A stretch of 60,705 nucleotides of DNA, filler included, from Circinaria calcarea (lineage: Eukaryota): the NCBI GenBank assembly GCA_051942165.1. It is 6 parts of 6 records of this genome, joined end to end, with 100 filler letters (N's around TTAATTAATTAA, not from the genome) between each part and the next. Parts side by side here need not be neighbours in the genome. Positions count along the whole stretch, not along the records: positions 20,308 to 30,336 come from JAVECS010000854.1; positions 30,437 to 40,464 come from JAVECS010000855.1; 4 more parts are not named here. The stretch is one strand, 5' to 3'. Position 1 is the stretch's first letter, and each line of letters opens with the position of its first letter. The notes beneath the pieces are model-generated. The model did no database searches. It was not told the origin of the DNA and worked only from the letters and a program-made list of their open reading frames with translations. Positions 22,387-35,800 of this stretch are shown one piece after another. Made by a program: the position numbers and the translations under genes.

Positions 22387-25064
22387 ATGGGAAACTCAGC
22401 GACCAAAGAGCAGCGACCGCCGTTGCCACAGGTGAGATCCGGCCATCTTCGGCGTTCTTCCTCACCACCGACTTCCAGCCAGACTTGGTCTTTGGCTCAA
22501 GCGCCTGTTGAGCAAGCCACTCAGAGCACTCACTCTTCCCGCCAAGGGAGGAGGGGCAGCCGATCCGAAATCTCCACGCTGCTAGGCATTGCTGGTAACT
22601 CGGATAAAGAGTCCAGTGGTCTCGAAGCTCGGAGGGAGACCAAGCCAGAAAGAGACGCTAGGAAGTTGGAGAGAGAGCGGGTGGCGCGTGAGAGGGAAAG
22701 GGAGCGCAGTATACGTGAGGAGAATGTGGATGGAGGGTACTTGGTCACCCAGGGTGTATACACGGGTATAGAGGATTACAACAAGGCTGTCGTACGACAG
22801 TTGATGGTATGTCCCATGGACGAGCGCGACATACGGCTACTAAAAAGGTATAGATTGAGCGACGAATAGCTCCATTTTGGCGGGGTCTCAATGATCATTC
22901 TAGCTCATGGACAGAAAATCAACTGGTTGCAGTGGCGAGAAGGCTCCCTCTCCCAGCTCCTGATGAAGTACCAACCGAGAGTTCCTTTCGACCGTTGCCA
23001 CGGAGTGACTCCCATACCATGATATCCGACCAGAAGCTTCAAAGCCTTACCGTACCCATCTCATCCAGATCGCAGTCCTACAACTCCGATTCCTCTGTAA
23101 ATCTTTCGCCTTCTCAACCAACATTCTCACTACCTTCGTCATCAACGTCTGGATCCGCGTTACTTCGAGGTCGAGCCAAAACCTTAGCATCCCTTACAAC
23201 ATTGTCCAAGACAAGTCCCCAGCCTGATATGATGCCTCGGGAAATGCACTTGCCTAAAGATCCTTGTGTGAACGGGCAACCGATAGAGGCCTACCTTTAC
23301 AAGGATGCATTGGAATGTCCGATCTGCTTCCTTTACTATCCCCCATATCTAAACAAGACCAGATGCTGCGATCAAGCAATCTGCTCCGAATGTTTCGTTC
23401 AGATTAAGAGACCAGACCCACATCCACCCGAGCACGCTAATCCAACAGCTCCTGTTCCCTCAACCGTCGAAATCTCCGAACTAGGCGAAATCGACCCGGA
23501 TGCAGCTCTTATTTCCGAGCCAGCTGCTTGCCCCTTTTGCGTGCAGCCCGAGTTTGGTGTTGCCTATGAACCACCTTCGTTTCGCAGGGGGCTGACGTAC
23601 GTCAACCAGACGTCGATTCATTCTATCGCCAGGATTGGATCAGCAATGTCTTCAAGTTCTTCGATAGTTTCAGTATCTGGCAATGGAGGTCAACATTCAC
23701 CTACAATCGGTACCCGGCGTCGTACAACGTCACTCTCTGCCAATGCACCAACTGTCATCACCACCGACCGAGTGCGGCCTGACTGGGCTACCAAGCTTTC
23801 CAGTGCAAGAGCACACGCTGCTCGTAGATCAGCCGCAGCAACCGCACTACACACTGCAGCATATCTAATGGGCACTGGGAACTCATCTGATACGCGAAGC
23901 TTCGGTGGCTTTGGACGACGGGGCATGCTCCGACGAGGGACGGGCGCAGACAGCCCATCAGCTGGTACTAGTTCCACACATCTCAATATGCTGACTCTCA
24001 TGTCTGAACGTTACACGGCGTCGGCAGGAGCTCGAACAAGCCCGCCGAATCTCGGAGAGGAGTCACCAACCATTCTCGGCCCGCCCCGGGAAGGCTCGAG
24101 GCGAAATCGAATGGATGATCTCGAAGATATGATGATGATGGAAGCAATTCGACTTAGTTTAGCATCGGAAGATGAGCGACGGAGGCGCGAAGAAAAGGAA
24201 GCTAAAAAGGAGGCAAAAAAGAAAGTCAAGGAGGACAAAAAAGCGGGAAAGCTGGCAAGGAAAGCTGGGGTGTACCAATCGACTGGGACTCATAGCTCCG
24301 GAACTCTTGACAATCCTCAGAACACGACGTCTTCCTTGGACAAGGGCAAGGGAAAAGAAAAGGCCATTAGTGGGAGTATGTCAGATCCAGATTTGTCGTT
24401 CCGACCGAGCAAATCAATACCTAGCGGAAGTTTGTCTAGCAGCAACCCCCAGGTCTATCTTGAAAGGAGTCGTGCTCAGCTTCAGCCCAACGATGGCTCG
24501 CAGACAACACAGCCCTACGGACCGAACCTCTACAAACCATCGCATCTGCGGACTCTGTCTAATGCGTCATCATCAGCATCTTCTATCATGGATCAGGTCT
24601 CAGGCTATCGGGAGAGAAGTGGTTCGTATTCTTCTCTTGACGCCTCTCCGAACGCCAGTGGCATCAACCTCTTGCATGGTGATCATTCCGGGGGCGAAGT
24701 GGGCACGGAGATGATGTTTAACTTCAGAAGTCTGGCTGCAATGATCGGAGATGACGAGAAGTCGGAGAAGAGAGGCTTCTCGGAGTATACTGAGGAGGTT
24801 ATTGACGACGCAGACCAACGGGATCAACGTGGAGGAAGCTCCAGTGGATTCACAGCGTCCGGGGAGCGCAAAGAGAGCGCCGCTACACTGAAGCAAAGCA
24901 ATCCGAGGCTGAGAGCCGAAAATGTGCCCGACGTGGGTGATACAAGTTCGGATAAACGGCCCACGGTTCATCGGTCTGATGGAGAACCTGGGATCGACTG
25001 TGGCAGGAGCGATGTAGGGGCTGCGACTGTGGAGGGTACGCAGCGAGCGACGGGTGGCGTATAA
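22387..25064 (+). CDS. SIP5: Sip5 homologue (Snf1/Reg1-Glc7 interacting, RING-like Zn domain)
   Basis: MGNSATKE (myristoylation-type start), ENVDGGYLVTQGVYTGIEDYNKAVVRQLM | intron 22807-22853 | IERRIAPFWRGLND, ECPICFLYYPPYLNKTRCCDQAICSECFVQIKRPDPH, SEPAACPFC, DLEDMMMMEAIRLSL. Confidence 0.92.
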
Positions 25065-27740
25065 AGAAACATGCTTGGTATGGATAGGGTACAGTTCGGA
25101 TGATGGCCGGGAACAAGAGGGCTAGCGAACTTGACTACGTTGAGCGGATGACTTGGTGGGGTGGTGGCAATCTGGAATGGGATATTCTGAGTAATGAATG
25201 CATTATGGGGGTTTACTCTCCGGGGGGCTTCTCTAGATAGGTAGGCGTTTAGAACGGATGTTACGGTACGACTGGGAGTCGCCAGTGTAAGGATACGAGC
25301 AATACCGAGTGTGAGACGGATCCGAGTCTCTCTAGTGAAACACGGTGCAAGCATGCCCGAGCCGGCATGTTTAGGCGAGGGATGACTGGCTTATGTCATC
25401 CTCCCGAGCAAACCGTCGGCTGCAATTCCACAAGTAGGCGGCTGAGACAGGGCCATGCCTCTCGTCATTCTACTGTGTACTGGGACGGTGGACAGAGTGC
25501 TGACTCGACTATGTACCGCGTGGAAGAGTCGCACGCTTTGGTTCTGTGCATAGGTACCCTCTCATACCGGATTGGATATCCTTCTCTCACTCACCGCAAG
25601 TTTCAGCTGCATGGGGACACCATACCTGCCTCAGACGGCTTCATGCCATTATGTGGGGTGGCCATTATAGAACGCAGATTCATTAGACCGGTCTCTGCTT
25701 ACTCGGCATTCTAGTGGGCTCGGCGCTCATCCTTGCCTCTCAGCTTTGGGCATCGTATCGGTAGGCGAGCTCTGGTCAGAAGACGAATGCATGTCAGGAA
25801 TGCCCATCTGTCATCTCTGCATATATATATCCGGTGCATCTTTTCGCGCACTCGCCTTGGATGGATGAGATTTGCTTGTGGCGGCCAACATACCTCCTTT
25901 TCCAGCCCTACCGTCAAGAGGCTAGCTGATATTCAGGCTCATCACCGAAAACGTCCGTCATAACCTCGTAGCGGTCGACGAGGATGGTACGGTGTCGTGC
26001 GTGGTATTTGGACGAGGAATAGTGCTTATATCTCTCGCCGTAGCCAGGAATAACCTTCCTCGTTCCCTCGGATCACCTTCGACTCGTCTCGTTTCAGTCC
26101 ATCTCCCATCTATAATGTGACATCGCCGGCGGATTCAAAACTCAGTTGAAGCAGCTAAGCTCTTTGCGGGATTTGGTTACCGTTTCACCCTTTGGCGATC
26201 GTCAGCCACGTTCAGAATGTTTCCAAGGGCTTCCCAGACGCTGAGGCAGTATCAACTGGCAATGACTCTGGGGTCCAGGACTGGGATCCGAAGGCGTGGG
26301 ATCAAGGCTCCCTTGCCGCCATGATGAGGCTTGGGGTCTTATAGAGATGCATCGGTAAGGCTCGGTTGACGGTGAAACGTGAGAGTCGTTGAGTTCATCG
26401 AATGGCGAGACTGCGAAGGCGGCCGTGGAGCGGTGATTGCTCCTTCCAACCCTACGGAGTATAGCCCGGCATACTTCTCATGCAAAACGGTGGCGCTCTC
26501 CGGTACTATTCCAAGCACCGTCAAGCCAGATGACGAGAAACAAGGTATGTCGTCTTATCTCGGCTGGGTACCTACCTTACCGGCCTGCTTGCTTCCGATG
26601 GTGAGATAATGCTAGCTGCATCTAGGCTGATTGTCGTGGTTAGACGACCAGAGTAAATAGGGCCTAGCGGTGAGTCATGATCCTTACTGCAAGCTGAGCA
26701 GTCCAACATGACCAAGTGTGGGTCATTCGGCTCGTATTCCACGAAAGCTTAAGAATACCCCCATTCCCAGCACTAGTGTCCATTGGCCATCAGCTGATCT
26801 AGAGAGCTTACCATAGAGGGGCTAGGAAGAGTGATGCACTGAACCCGGCCTACTCCCTCTCCCTTTGATTTGGGGCTGAGAGGTGATCGAGACGGAGCCA
26901 AGCCTGGATCCATGTGCCGCATCACTACGGTTATCCTTTGCTCTTGTCCACAAATTAACACTTGGCGCTGCACAGAACCACAAGGGTCATCTATGATCAC
27001 GGCATACTCTTGTGCTAAACCAGGCTAAGCCCAAGTAACGTCCGCTAAATGCCTAGACAGTTTCAAAGTCATCATCAAGGGACACTGTTTGAATAGAGAA
27101 TGATTGTACAGTTCACTGCACCATAATGTCTTCTAAAATACAATGCAAAGTATAACCCAACGGCCTCGCCACGCATAGACTGCACATACGTCAGGACACT
27201 CTCCATACAATGCTACGCGGCCAGATCCTACTTTGTGAATGCTTCCCATGGTGAATTAATCTAATCATGCTTATAGCTTCATTTAGTTCATATTTACTTC
27301 ACATTGTTAGTGAATTGTCTCGTCACCCCCCACTTCTTTTCCGCGCACCTTTCGACCAATTTCATCACCCTTATCCAGAAGCTCGAGCCTGGAAACCCTT
27401 CTTGTCAATATAAGGCATGCATATTCCACTTGTTGTAAATATGATATCAATGTTAGGGGATCCAAAAACCCACGGATGTTAATTATATACAACGCTGAAT
27501 CTCGAAGCTCACCTAGAGCACTGAATTTTATATCGAGTATTCTCTTCGCCTTTTAATCTTTTTGGGATATACTATTTGTGTGGACCGCCTTTTTTTATAT
27601 AAGGGGAGGGACTCTAACATACATATGACATTAGTGACTTGGCGTGGCAGCAGGTACTAAAAGGTATTAGATTGCGATAATACAAATATTAGTTCCTAAT
27701 ATTTATTCTGTTAAATAGAGAGCCAAGCATACTGTATGCC

Positions 27741-27762
27741 GAACTTCTGTATGCAGAAGTTC
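27741..27762. repeat. Perfect 9-bp inverted repeat GAACTTCTG-TATG-CAGAAGTTC in an AT-rich tract
   Basis: Read directly from the sequence; function unknown. Confidence 0.6.
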
Positions 27763-27989
27763 TGTACTACCCGTATTAGTAGTAGCGCGGGTTGCAGGGT
27801 TTTCCCCTTTACTTCGCACTTTGCGAACTATACGCGTTACACAATATATCGACTATTGCGTACACTTCCAATACCGTTCCAATGCATTGCTTAAGTCACT
27901 CCCTGCTAAACCTTTAACATATTCGTATTTTTATTAGAAGAATAGCCGAAACTCTGAACCATCAGATTTATTCAGATATCCTAGGTGGG

Positions 27990-29432
27990 ATGAATCGCTT
28001 TTCATATTTTCTGTCGTACATTCTCCAACATCGATATAAGAAGCATCGCAAGTTCTGTAGATGGGGATATCGTAAGGAGATTTTTTAACTTGGTTTACGC
28101 ATAACCCAAGATTCTTAGAGGTAGCGAAGACGGTAATACCAGATTTACATCCGGACTAAGGCGTCGTACAGCACGATAACCTTAGGATCCCAGACCTCCT
28201 AGTGGTGATATAATCTATGAGGCTACCGTCTTTGATAGATTTGTCTCAGCCTACCGCTGAAGAGCGAGCCGTGCAGCAGATACTTGCTGCTAGAGTACAA
28301 TCCCAAGTCGTGCTCAATCGCAACAATCCAGATACGGGCCCACGTGAGCGCACCGCAAAGGTTGTTGAAGCCTGGCGTGAGGTGCTAGGTATGTGACAGG
28401 TCTGAATTCGACCGAGGAGGGGCCTCTGATTCATGTGTTGCAGGCCTCCTCCATTCGAAGCAGCCGCAACAGCAGCAGAGACAACAATAGTAACCACAAT
28501 AAGCGCCGTGTTTATAAAATCAAGCGCAAGCTTCGACAGCAAGCGCAGATCAATCCTCCTTATTCAAGCTACCCCGAAGGGTTTTACAGGGATGAGGAGC
28601 TCACCATTAAGCTCCCTATCTCAGATGACACGCGAAACGAATGGGACATGGATGCCCCAAATCACCAGCGGCCTCCCCATTCCCCATTCCCATTGCCACG
28701 AAGCCGTCCAAGGCTTCTGTCATCTCCGACAGCTCCTACTTTGCCTAGAGCGCAGCTATCGTCATCGCAGGAAATGCAGCGCGAGACAACATATGTCCCC
28801 CCATCCCAAGGTATGTCAGAGTACCCTCGCAGCAACTCTGTCACCTCACATTTTGCCGCCACCAATTCCCCGGTTAGCCAATGCCGATAAGAACCAGATC
28901 TGCTCAGCAGGAATGACCGCGTCACCCAGGCTGCGCGTTTGAACAGGCTCAGATCGGCCCGGAGGTTCCTCTTCAAATTGAGTGGCAAAAGCTGACAAGC
29001 CAAGATCGGTCGTCCTGCAACTGAGCTATCGACGGGCAGCAGCGCCGCTTAAAAGAACACTGGGTCCGTGGCGAATGCAGAAGATCCCGTCATTGTCGGA
29101 ACAGAGAGAACATCCTTGCACGAGAAAGGTCGTGCTACAGAATCTAGATCTGGGGCAGCTGCAGCTTGAGATGAATCGTGTACGCAGCGAGCAAAATTGA
29201 CTTGGAAAGGAGTTAGATTGAGGAACCAATCCGGTAAGGGAAACGTAGTATATGGCAAAAAGCTAGAGGTAGAGGCTGTTCGCGTGGGCAAGAGAATGGC
29301 TTCGCCAACGTGGCAATAGGTCTTTCGATGAACTGGGATTTCGAAGTCAACAAGTACCCTCGATCTTCTGCAAAATTCCCTCCCCCCACCGGGTCAATGG
29401 CGCAGCGATGACCGTACAAAGCAGCATGCATG
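27990..29432 (+). pseudogene. RIP-damaged pseudogene of an unknown Gln-rich protein
   Basis: One frame reads VVHSPTSI*EASQVL*MGIS*GDFLTWFTHNPRFLEVAKTVIPDLHPD*GVVQ…VVEAWREVLG, then a GTATGT…TTGCAG intron, then LLHSKQPQQQQRQQ**PQ*. The stops in these segments are TAA/TAG at plausible Gln positions. Confidence 0.55.
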
Positions 29433-29676
29433 ATTACAAGAAAAGAGCTGCAGAAAAGATAAAGGAAGAGATTCGAGAGGAGATAAGGGAGGAAATATTA
29501 AATGAGAGGGAAAAAAAGTAATTGTCCGAATAGATAGGCACATCACCAGGTTAAAGATAGATAACCCCAAGGTTTTAAAAAGCATAACAATCACGAAAAT
29601 CTCTTTCACGTGACTTTTCTTTCTAATTCCGGCCCTTGCAGCATCAACCGTTTTCCCGAAATAACCACACTTACCA

Positions 29677-29705
29677 TGCCTTGCCTTGCCTTGCCTTGCC
29701 TTGCC
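29677..29705. repeat. (TTGCC)n microsatellite, about 6 units
   Basis: tgccttgccttgccttgccttgccttgcc. Confidence 0.9.
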
Positions 29706-30336
29706 TGTCCTGTTTTTGTAAGTAGACGGGGGGGGGAATCAGCACGTAAGTGTCAATGAAATTCACGAAAGGTATGCGCACGAGATTCACCTCGCACCTC
29801 TTCGGTTGTTTTTGCCCCCAATGAAAGCCTAAGAATAAGCAAATGCGTTGAATTTATCTATAATAGCGGGTTTACCATTTGATATCGAGCGCAAAAACGC
29901 ATCCCACTTTGAAGTGTTGTGTGTTCGTCCTTTGATAGGACCCATTAACAAAAAAAAAAACCAAAAAAAAGTCCAACGATCAAACGTACTGTTGCGAAGA
30001 CATATTTCCTGAGAGCGAGCCATGGCTCCGCGCCAAAAAAAAATCAAAAAAATCCCGGAAGCTGGGAAGAAGGGTTCGCTGTGTCCATGAAGTGAAGCTC
30101 TTGGGTTTCCGAAAGGGGGAGGGATACCCCCCCGACCAAAAGGGATAGATGTATAAGTCCGTTCCACGTTGGATTGATATCCTAGGTTTCCTTTGGATGA
30201 AATTGGGGGTTTCCGACGTCAAGTCGTATTGTTTAACCCTTCTTCGAATGCCTTTCCGCCCCCCCCTTCTTTGCCCCCTCCCGGCACGAGAGGTAGCGAT
30301 TTGCCGTACAGTCACCATGTACGACTTCCCCTCTCT

Positions 30337-30436
30337 NNNNNNNNNNNNNNNNNNNNNNNNNNNNNNNNNNNNNNNNNNNNTTAATTAATTAANNNNNNNN
30401 NNNNNNNNNNNNNNNNNNNNNNNNNNNNNNNNNNNN
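30337..30436. other. Artificial contig linker
   Basis: N-run/TTAATTAATTAA/N-run, 100 nt. Confidence 0.98.
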
Positions 30437-32153
30437 TACAACGTGCTACCATACCGGAAATCCTCCGCGGACATGATGTGATTGGTAAGGCATCAACAGG
30501 TTCAGGCAAGACACTTGCATTTGGTATCCCCATATTGGAGCACTACGTTTCCAAACGCTCGGAAGAAGAACTTGATGCTCCTACAAAAGGCAGTGGACGA
30601 AAATATCCTCCAGTGGCAATGATACTGTCACCAACTAGAGAACTGGCACATCAAATATCTGCACATTTGACAGATTTATGTTCCAATACTATTTTCACTA
30701 GTCCTCGAATTGTTACGCTTACTGGTGGCCTATCCTTGCAAAAACAACAACGACTCCTTTCAAATGCGGACATTATTGTTGGAACTCCGGGCAGATTGTG
30801 GGAAACAATCAGCACAGGCCAAAGCTTGCTAACCTGGCTAAGACAAATCAAGTACCTGGTAGTAGACGAGGCTGATCGTTTGTTGAGCGAAGGCCATTTT
30901 AAGGAAGTAGAAGAGATACTCAATAGCCTAGATCGAGAAGATGAAGAAGCAGGCGATTCGGACAAGGAAGAGAAACGCGATCTTACTGGCAAAGGTCAAC
31001 GCCAGACATTGGTATTCTCGGCTACCTTTCAGAAAGAGCTCCAACGGAAGCTCGCTGGAAAAAGTAAAAGTTCTGGGGGCGACATTATGGGAGAGCAAGA
31101 GTCAATGGAATATTTGCTGGAGAAGTTAAACTTTCGAGAGGAGAAGCCTAAGTTCATCGACGTCAATCCAGCCTCACAAATGGCCTCAGGCCTTCGAGAG
31201 GGAATTATTGAATGTGCTGGACTTGAAAAGGTATGTTTCATCCTGATTTGACCACGTAGAGTGTAGTGCTAAATTCAAGGCAGGACCTTTATCTTTACGC
31301 TCTCCTTCTACACCAACCCAATACGCGGACCTTGATATTTACAAATTCAATCTCAGCCGTCCGCCGCTTAACTCCGTTTCTTCAGAGTCTCAATATTCCG
31401 GCTCATGCGCTTCACTCCCAAATGCCTCAAAAAGCCCGCCTACGCTCTGTCGAACGTTTCTCTTCGCCTTCCCACCCCGGCTCTATCTTGATTGCGACAG
31501 ATGTAGCAGCACGTGGTCTCGACATTCCATCCGTGCAGCTCGTCGTGCACTATCACTTGCCACGAGCAGCAGACATGTATGTGCACCGATCTGGTCGGAC
31601 GGCCCGAGCAGAAAAGTCGGGTTCCAGCATCCTGTTATGCGCGCCCGAGGAAGCTTTAGGCGTCAGGCGCTTGGTAGCCAAAGTTCATGCGCGAAATACG
31701 GTTCGTGAAGACGACAAGAGTAAAAAATCCTTCATGCGAACCATCGAGCTCGACCGAAGAATCGTGGCTCGGCTGAAACCTCGCGTCACACTGGCAAAGA
31801 AGATTTCCGATGCCTCAATGGCAAAAGAGAAAAAGGGCCACGAAGATAATTGGCTGAAAGCTGCGGCAGCTGATCTGGGTGTTGAGTACGACAGCGAGGA
31901 TTTCGCCGCCCATGGTGGAAGCAAGAAGGGGAGAGGATCGGGAAGGATGAAAGCGGAGAAGGATGCACGAGACTTGAGTAAAGGGGAACTGGCAGCGCTT
32001 AGAATGGAGTTGAAGGCCCTATTGAGTCAGAGGGTGAATGTAGGTGTTAGTGAGAGATACTTGTCTGCTGGAGGTGTGGATGTGGAGGAGCTGCTGAGTG
32101 AAGGTAGCAGGGGCGAATTTCTCGGGAAGGTGGACGGGCTGGGGATGGATTAG
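30437..32153 (+). CDS. MAK5: DEAD-box RNA helicase Mak5/DDX24, 5'-truncated
   Basis: GKASTGSGKTLAFGIP, SPTRELAHQ, VVDEADRLLSEGHFKE, RQTLVFSATF, intron 31231-31283, KDLYLYALL, HSQMPQKARLRSVERF, YVHRSGRTARA, and the Mak5-like tail NWLKAAAADLGVEYD. Confidence 0.93.
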
Positions 32154-32815
32154 ACGAGCGATCACCCGTTTGGGAGAAAGGGCATCCTTTATACTGCCCT
32201 GCGCTATGATGAGTGACTACGCTTAGAATCGAAACATACAGCTATTCTCCAAACGTTCGAACATGCCAAAAGCGACTCTTTGTGCTTGCTTATCCTCATA
32301 CACGAGTCTGAGAAGAAGGGGGGTGACCTATGCTGCGGTACCAGTCCGCCCCCAATTTCGGATTGTATTTTCTCCGCTTCCGAGCATCCCTTATCACTTT
32401 AGCTTGAATCAGCCTCGATCTAACATCAGTCCCTTCCTGTCGACGACTCGACAAAACTTGAGGTGCGGGCGAAAGTATTGGCTAACGGCCACAGTCCATA
32501 TTCTAGCTCTCTCCCCGAAGAGAAGGCGTTTGCATGACAGCGCAATTAGCCCTGCCAACCAGGGAGCAGAAGCTGATGGACTGGACCCAGAACCGTCATC
32601 TTTGAGATTTTCACCCCAGCCCAGTCCAAGGCAACAAGAGGCAAATGGTAGTCGAGCTGATGCGGCAGCGTAAGTCGGGTTTGCCTGCCCTTACAATGTT
32701 GCTGTACTGGCAAGGGGCATGGCGACTTAAAGTGGCCATGAGCCCTGCTCCTTTCCATGAAGCGTTTTCTCATCTTTATTCACCTTAAACGCTCGATACT
32801 TTTGACCTTTTCATC

Positions 32816-35800
32816 ATGTCAAATAGTACTACCGATAGCGATATTGCTGTTATTGGCATGGCTTGTAGGGTCGCTGGAGCAAACTCGCCTTCAGAATTGT
32901 GGGATTTATTAGCTTCCTCTCGAGATGTCCAGAGCGAGATTACTCGATTTAATATCAAAGGCTATTACCATCCCGAAGGCGGTCCTCGCAAAGGATTGAC
33001 GAATGTGAAGAATGCCTACATGATGGATGATGAGAAAATTGACAGATTCGACCATGGGTTCTTTCATACCACGCCCGTTGAGGCTATCGCCATGGATCCC
33101 CAGCAACGGATGCTTCTGGAAATAGCCTATGAAACTATTGAGAACGCAGGCATTCCAATGGAGGAATTTGTTGGCACCGATTCAGCGGTCTACGCCGGTG
33201 CGCAGATTTCTCTTCTGCTACACTAGTGGACTAGATTGAAGGCGAAAAGGCTTACATGACGACCTTTTAGGTATGGACAGCTGTGACTACCATTCGGTTC
33301 TCGCTCGAGACATCGATGCTACGCCTAGATATCTAGCTACGGGTACGGCTGGATGTATGGCTGCCAACAGGCTAAGTTACTTCTTTGATCTTTCCGGACC
33401 TAGCCTTGCTGTAGATACGGCGTGCTCATCTACTATGGCTGCACTACACCAAGCGGTGTGTACTCTTCGAAGAGGTGAGTCATCAATGGCCCTGGTTTGC
33501 GGTGCCAAACATATCTTCAACCCGGACATGTTCATCCCTTCGTCGGAATTGGGTTTCTTAAGCCCAAGTGGAAGATGCCGTAGCTTTGATGCTGCTGGAG
33601 ATGGGTATGGCAGAGGCGAAGGCGTTCTCGCTTTGCTTTTGAAACCATTGAAGCAAGCAATAGGGGACAGAGATCCAATCCGTGCAATTATCAAAGGAAC
33701 GCGGTTGAACCAAGACGGCCGGACTCAGGGGATTACAATGCCATCCGCAGTCGCTCAAAAGCAGAATATGGAAAGCCTTTACCACCAACTTGGTCTATCT
33801 CCCAATGATATTCAGTATATCGAGGCCCATGTACGTCTGTCCTTCTTATCTACTTAATGTTACCAAGCAGCATTAACGGTTCATACGGTTCTAGGGCACA
33901 GGGACCGCTGCTGGAGACCCGCTGGAGTTTTCCGCCATCAATGCAGTATTCGGACAATGCCAAAGGGAGGAGAAATTGGTAGTAGGGTCAATCAAAAGTA
34001 GCATCGGACATCTCGAATCCGCCGCGGCTCTGGCTGGGATAATTAAGACCATTGAGTGCCTCGAAAGAGGACAGATACCTGCGCAGATGCACTTTGGGAC
34101 GCCAAACCCTAAGATTAACTTCGAGAATGTCACGATTCCCATCAACATGATGGAATGGCCTACCTTTCAAGGCGGTATTCGACGAGCAGCGGTGAACACT
34201 TTTGGTGCCGGGGGCACTAACGGCCATTGTGTTTTAGAGGCATTTTCCCGAGCTCCGTCAGAAACCTTTGAACTAAGAAGACCATTACTATTCAAAGTCG
34301 CGGCCGCAGATACGTCAGCATTGAGAAGGCTCGCTCTGAAGTACGCCGATTATGTAGAGGCACATAATCCGGATCTTTATGACTTGGCATATACTCTCTT
34401 AAGCCGTCGCTCGAACCTTAAGGAATCACAGTTTCTTACTGCCACCAGTCACAAGGAGCTAGTGCAAAAACTCAGGGCAGAAACCCGAAAAACCTATACC
34501 GTCGCTAGTGAACCTGTGATGAGAGTTGTTTTTCTCTTCACGGGACAGGGGGCTCAATGGTAGGATTCCGAATCTATAAGTTCATAAGGACATGCCCGAC
34601 TTACCAATCATCACAGGGCCCAAATGGGCAAACTCTTGATTGATCAATCCCCTATTTTCAAGGCGGTTGTATCAGAGTGTGAAGAGATACTTGCGAGCTT
34701 ACCTGATAAACCAAGTTGGTCGATTATCGAGGAACTGTCGAAAACAGGCGACAGCTCAAACGTATATCAGTCGGCATTTTCTCAACCATTATGCACAGCT
34801 CTCCAGCTAGGTTTAGTTGTTTTATGGGAGTCTTGGGGACTTGTTCCTAGTACCGTTATAGGTCATTCCTCTGGAGAAATTGCAGCAGCCTATACGGCTG
34901 GCTTCATCTCTTTACGAGATGCCATTATTACAGCTTACTATCGTGGTCTGTATATCAGTGACATCGCCTCCGAAGCTTCAGCTTGGCCTAAAGGTTCCAT
35001 GTGTGCTATTGGGCTGAGCGTGGAAGATACACGGAAGAGACTGACAGAATATGAAGGTCGTGTTCAGCTGGCTGCTGTCAATTCGCCGAGTAGTTGTACT
35101 TTATCGGGGAAGAAAGACGCCATTGAGGAAATAGTCGGTATATGCGCAAAGGAGGGGACTTTCTGCCGAGAACTACGGGTTGATATGGCATACCACTCTC
35201 ACTACATGCTACCGGTCGCTCCTCGATACGTGAAAGCCCTTAAAGATGCGCATGTTGTTCCCTCCAAAACAGCAGCGGCCTGTGATATGTTCTCGTCCGT
35301 TACGGGTCAGCAATTATCCCAGGAAGACTGTTCAATTCAATACTGGAAGCAGAATCTGGTATCTACTGTCCAGTTCTTTCCAGCCCTTTCTGAATGTATG
35401 GCTCGTCATCCAGAGAGCTCAGTGATAGTCGAAATTGGACCGCATCCGGCTCTTAAAGGACCCACACAGGAGAGTCTTCGGACCTTAGGCAAGGATTCGG
35501 TTGACTATTTCCATTCGTGTCTCCGTGGAAGGAATGACTGGGAAACTCTGCTAGACACGGCTGGTAGCATGATAGCACATGGTGTACCCTTGAAGACATC
35601 AAACATCAATGCTTCGGAGGTCGCTGACGGCCACCAAAGTAAACGAGAATACGGAAATGTCTTGACCAATATTCCTGGATACCAGTGGGACCATTCCACC
35701 TCATTTTGGGCCGAATCGAGGATTAGCAGCAATCTACGGTATCGTCAGTTCCCTCGTCATCAGTTGTTGGGATCACGTAGCCTTGGGGATATTCCATCGT

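Noticed and set aside
25367..27000. Several 60-128 aa ORFs downstream of SIP5
   Set aside because: No recognisable motif or consistent splice model; may be decayed coding DNA but cannot be supported.
29829..30336. ORFs near the end of contig 3
   Set aside because: Homopolymer-rich sequence at a contig end with no coherent protein; possibly low quality.
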